A stretch of 33,961 nucleotides of DNA from Octopus bimaculoides (taxonomy: Eukaryota): the NCBI RefSeq assembly GCF_001194135.2, contig NC_068986.1:97243191-97277151 (forward strand). Reading direction: 5' to 3'. This document shows positions 33,736-33,961 of the stretch, piece after piece. The notes under the pieces are model-generated. The model saw nothing but the letters and a program-made list of their open reading frames with translations, was not told the origin of the DNA and ran no database searches. How positions within the stretch are numbered: position 1 is the stretch's first letter; every line of letters starts with the position of its first letter. The position numbers and the translations under genes were made by a program.

Positions 33736-33926
33736 CAGACGCAACACACGCACACAGACGTATACGTTAGGCTCTTTCTGTTTCCGTCTACCAACGCCAC
33801 TCACAAGGCTTTGGTCCCGAGACTATATCAGAAGACACTTGCCAAACGTGCCACGCAGTGGGACTGAACCCGGAAAAGTGAGGTTAGGAAAAAAAACTTC
33901 TTACCATAGGCCCACGCGTGCACCTA
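33470..33926 (-). mobile_element. Full-length SINE-B with long internal (CA)n (about 33645-33760)
   Basis: Tail segment, AACACACCAGCGCCGGTTGTCAAGCGAT, core TTTCCGTCTACCAA..CTCACAAGGCTTTGGTC..GAAGACACTTGCC..GTGCCACGCAGTGGGACTGAACCCGG, head CTTCTTACCA..CGTGCACCT. Confidence 0.9.
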
Positions 33927-33961
33927 TGTATATCATAATATCATATATCGCGTACCCCCCC

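Noticed and set aside
7624-33867. Many short ORFs of [16 protein letters not shown], poly-I or poly-Y
   Set aside because: Translations of (CA)n, (TA)n, (CT)n and (TAA)n, which lack stops in several frames.

Overview
Eukaryotic, AT-rich, repeat-saturated DNA with 10 assembly gaps and no confidently identifiable host gene, tRNA/rRNA gene or CRISPR array. The SINE families and microsatellite load suggest an octopus (coleoid cephalopod) scaffold; this is inference. Contents: (i) six copies or fragments of R4/Dong-clade non-LTR retrotransposons (RT + CCHC + restriction-like endonuclease), all on + and each bordered by (TAA)n, four of them chained head-to-tail at 14.1-18.7 kb; (ii) 3' ends of an RTE-clade LINE (6.1-6.6 kb, -) and an L1/Tx1-clade LINE (18.7-19.25 kb, -); (iii) a decayed mariner transposase and a mariner-derived MITE; (iv) about 35 copies or fragments of three tRNA-derived SINE families, labelled A, B and C here; (v) many microsatellites, which explain most long ORFs in the supplied track. 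Most interesting signals: SINE-A and SINE-C tails resemble the Tx1 and RTE 3' ends in the same window, the different R4/Dong 3' UTRs share a covarying stem-loop, and SINE-B carries an internal microsatellite. All alignments were done by eye.
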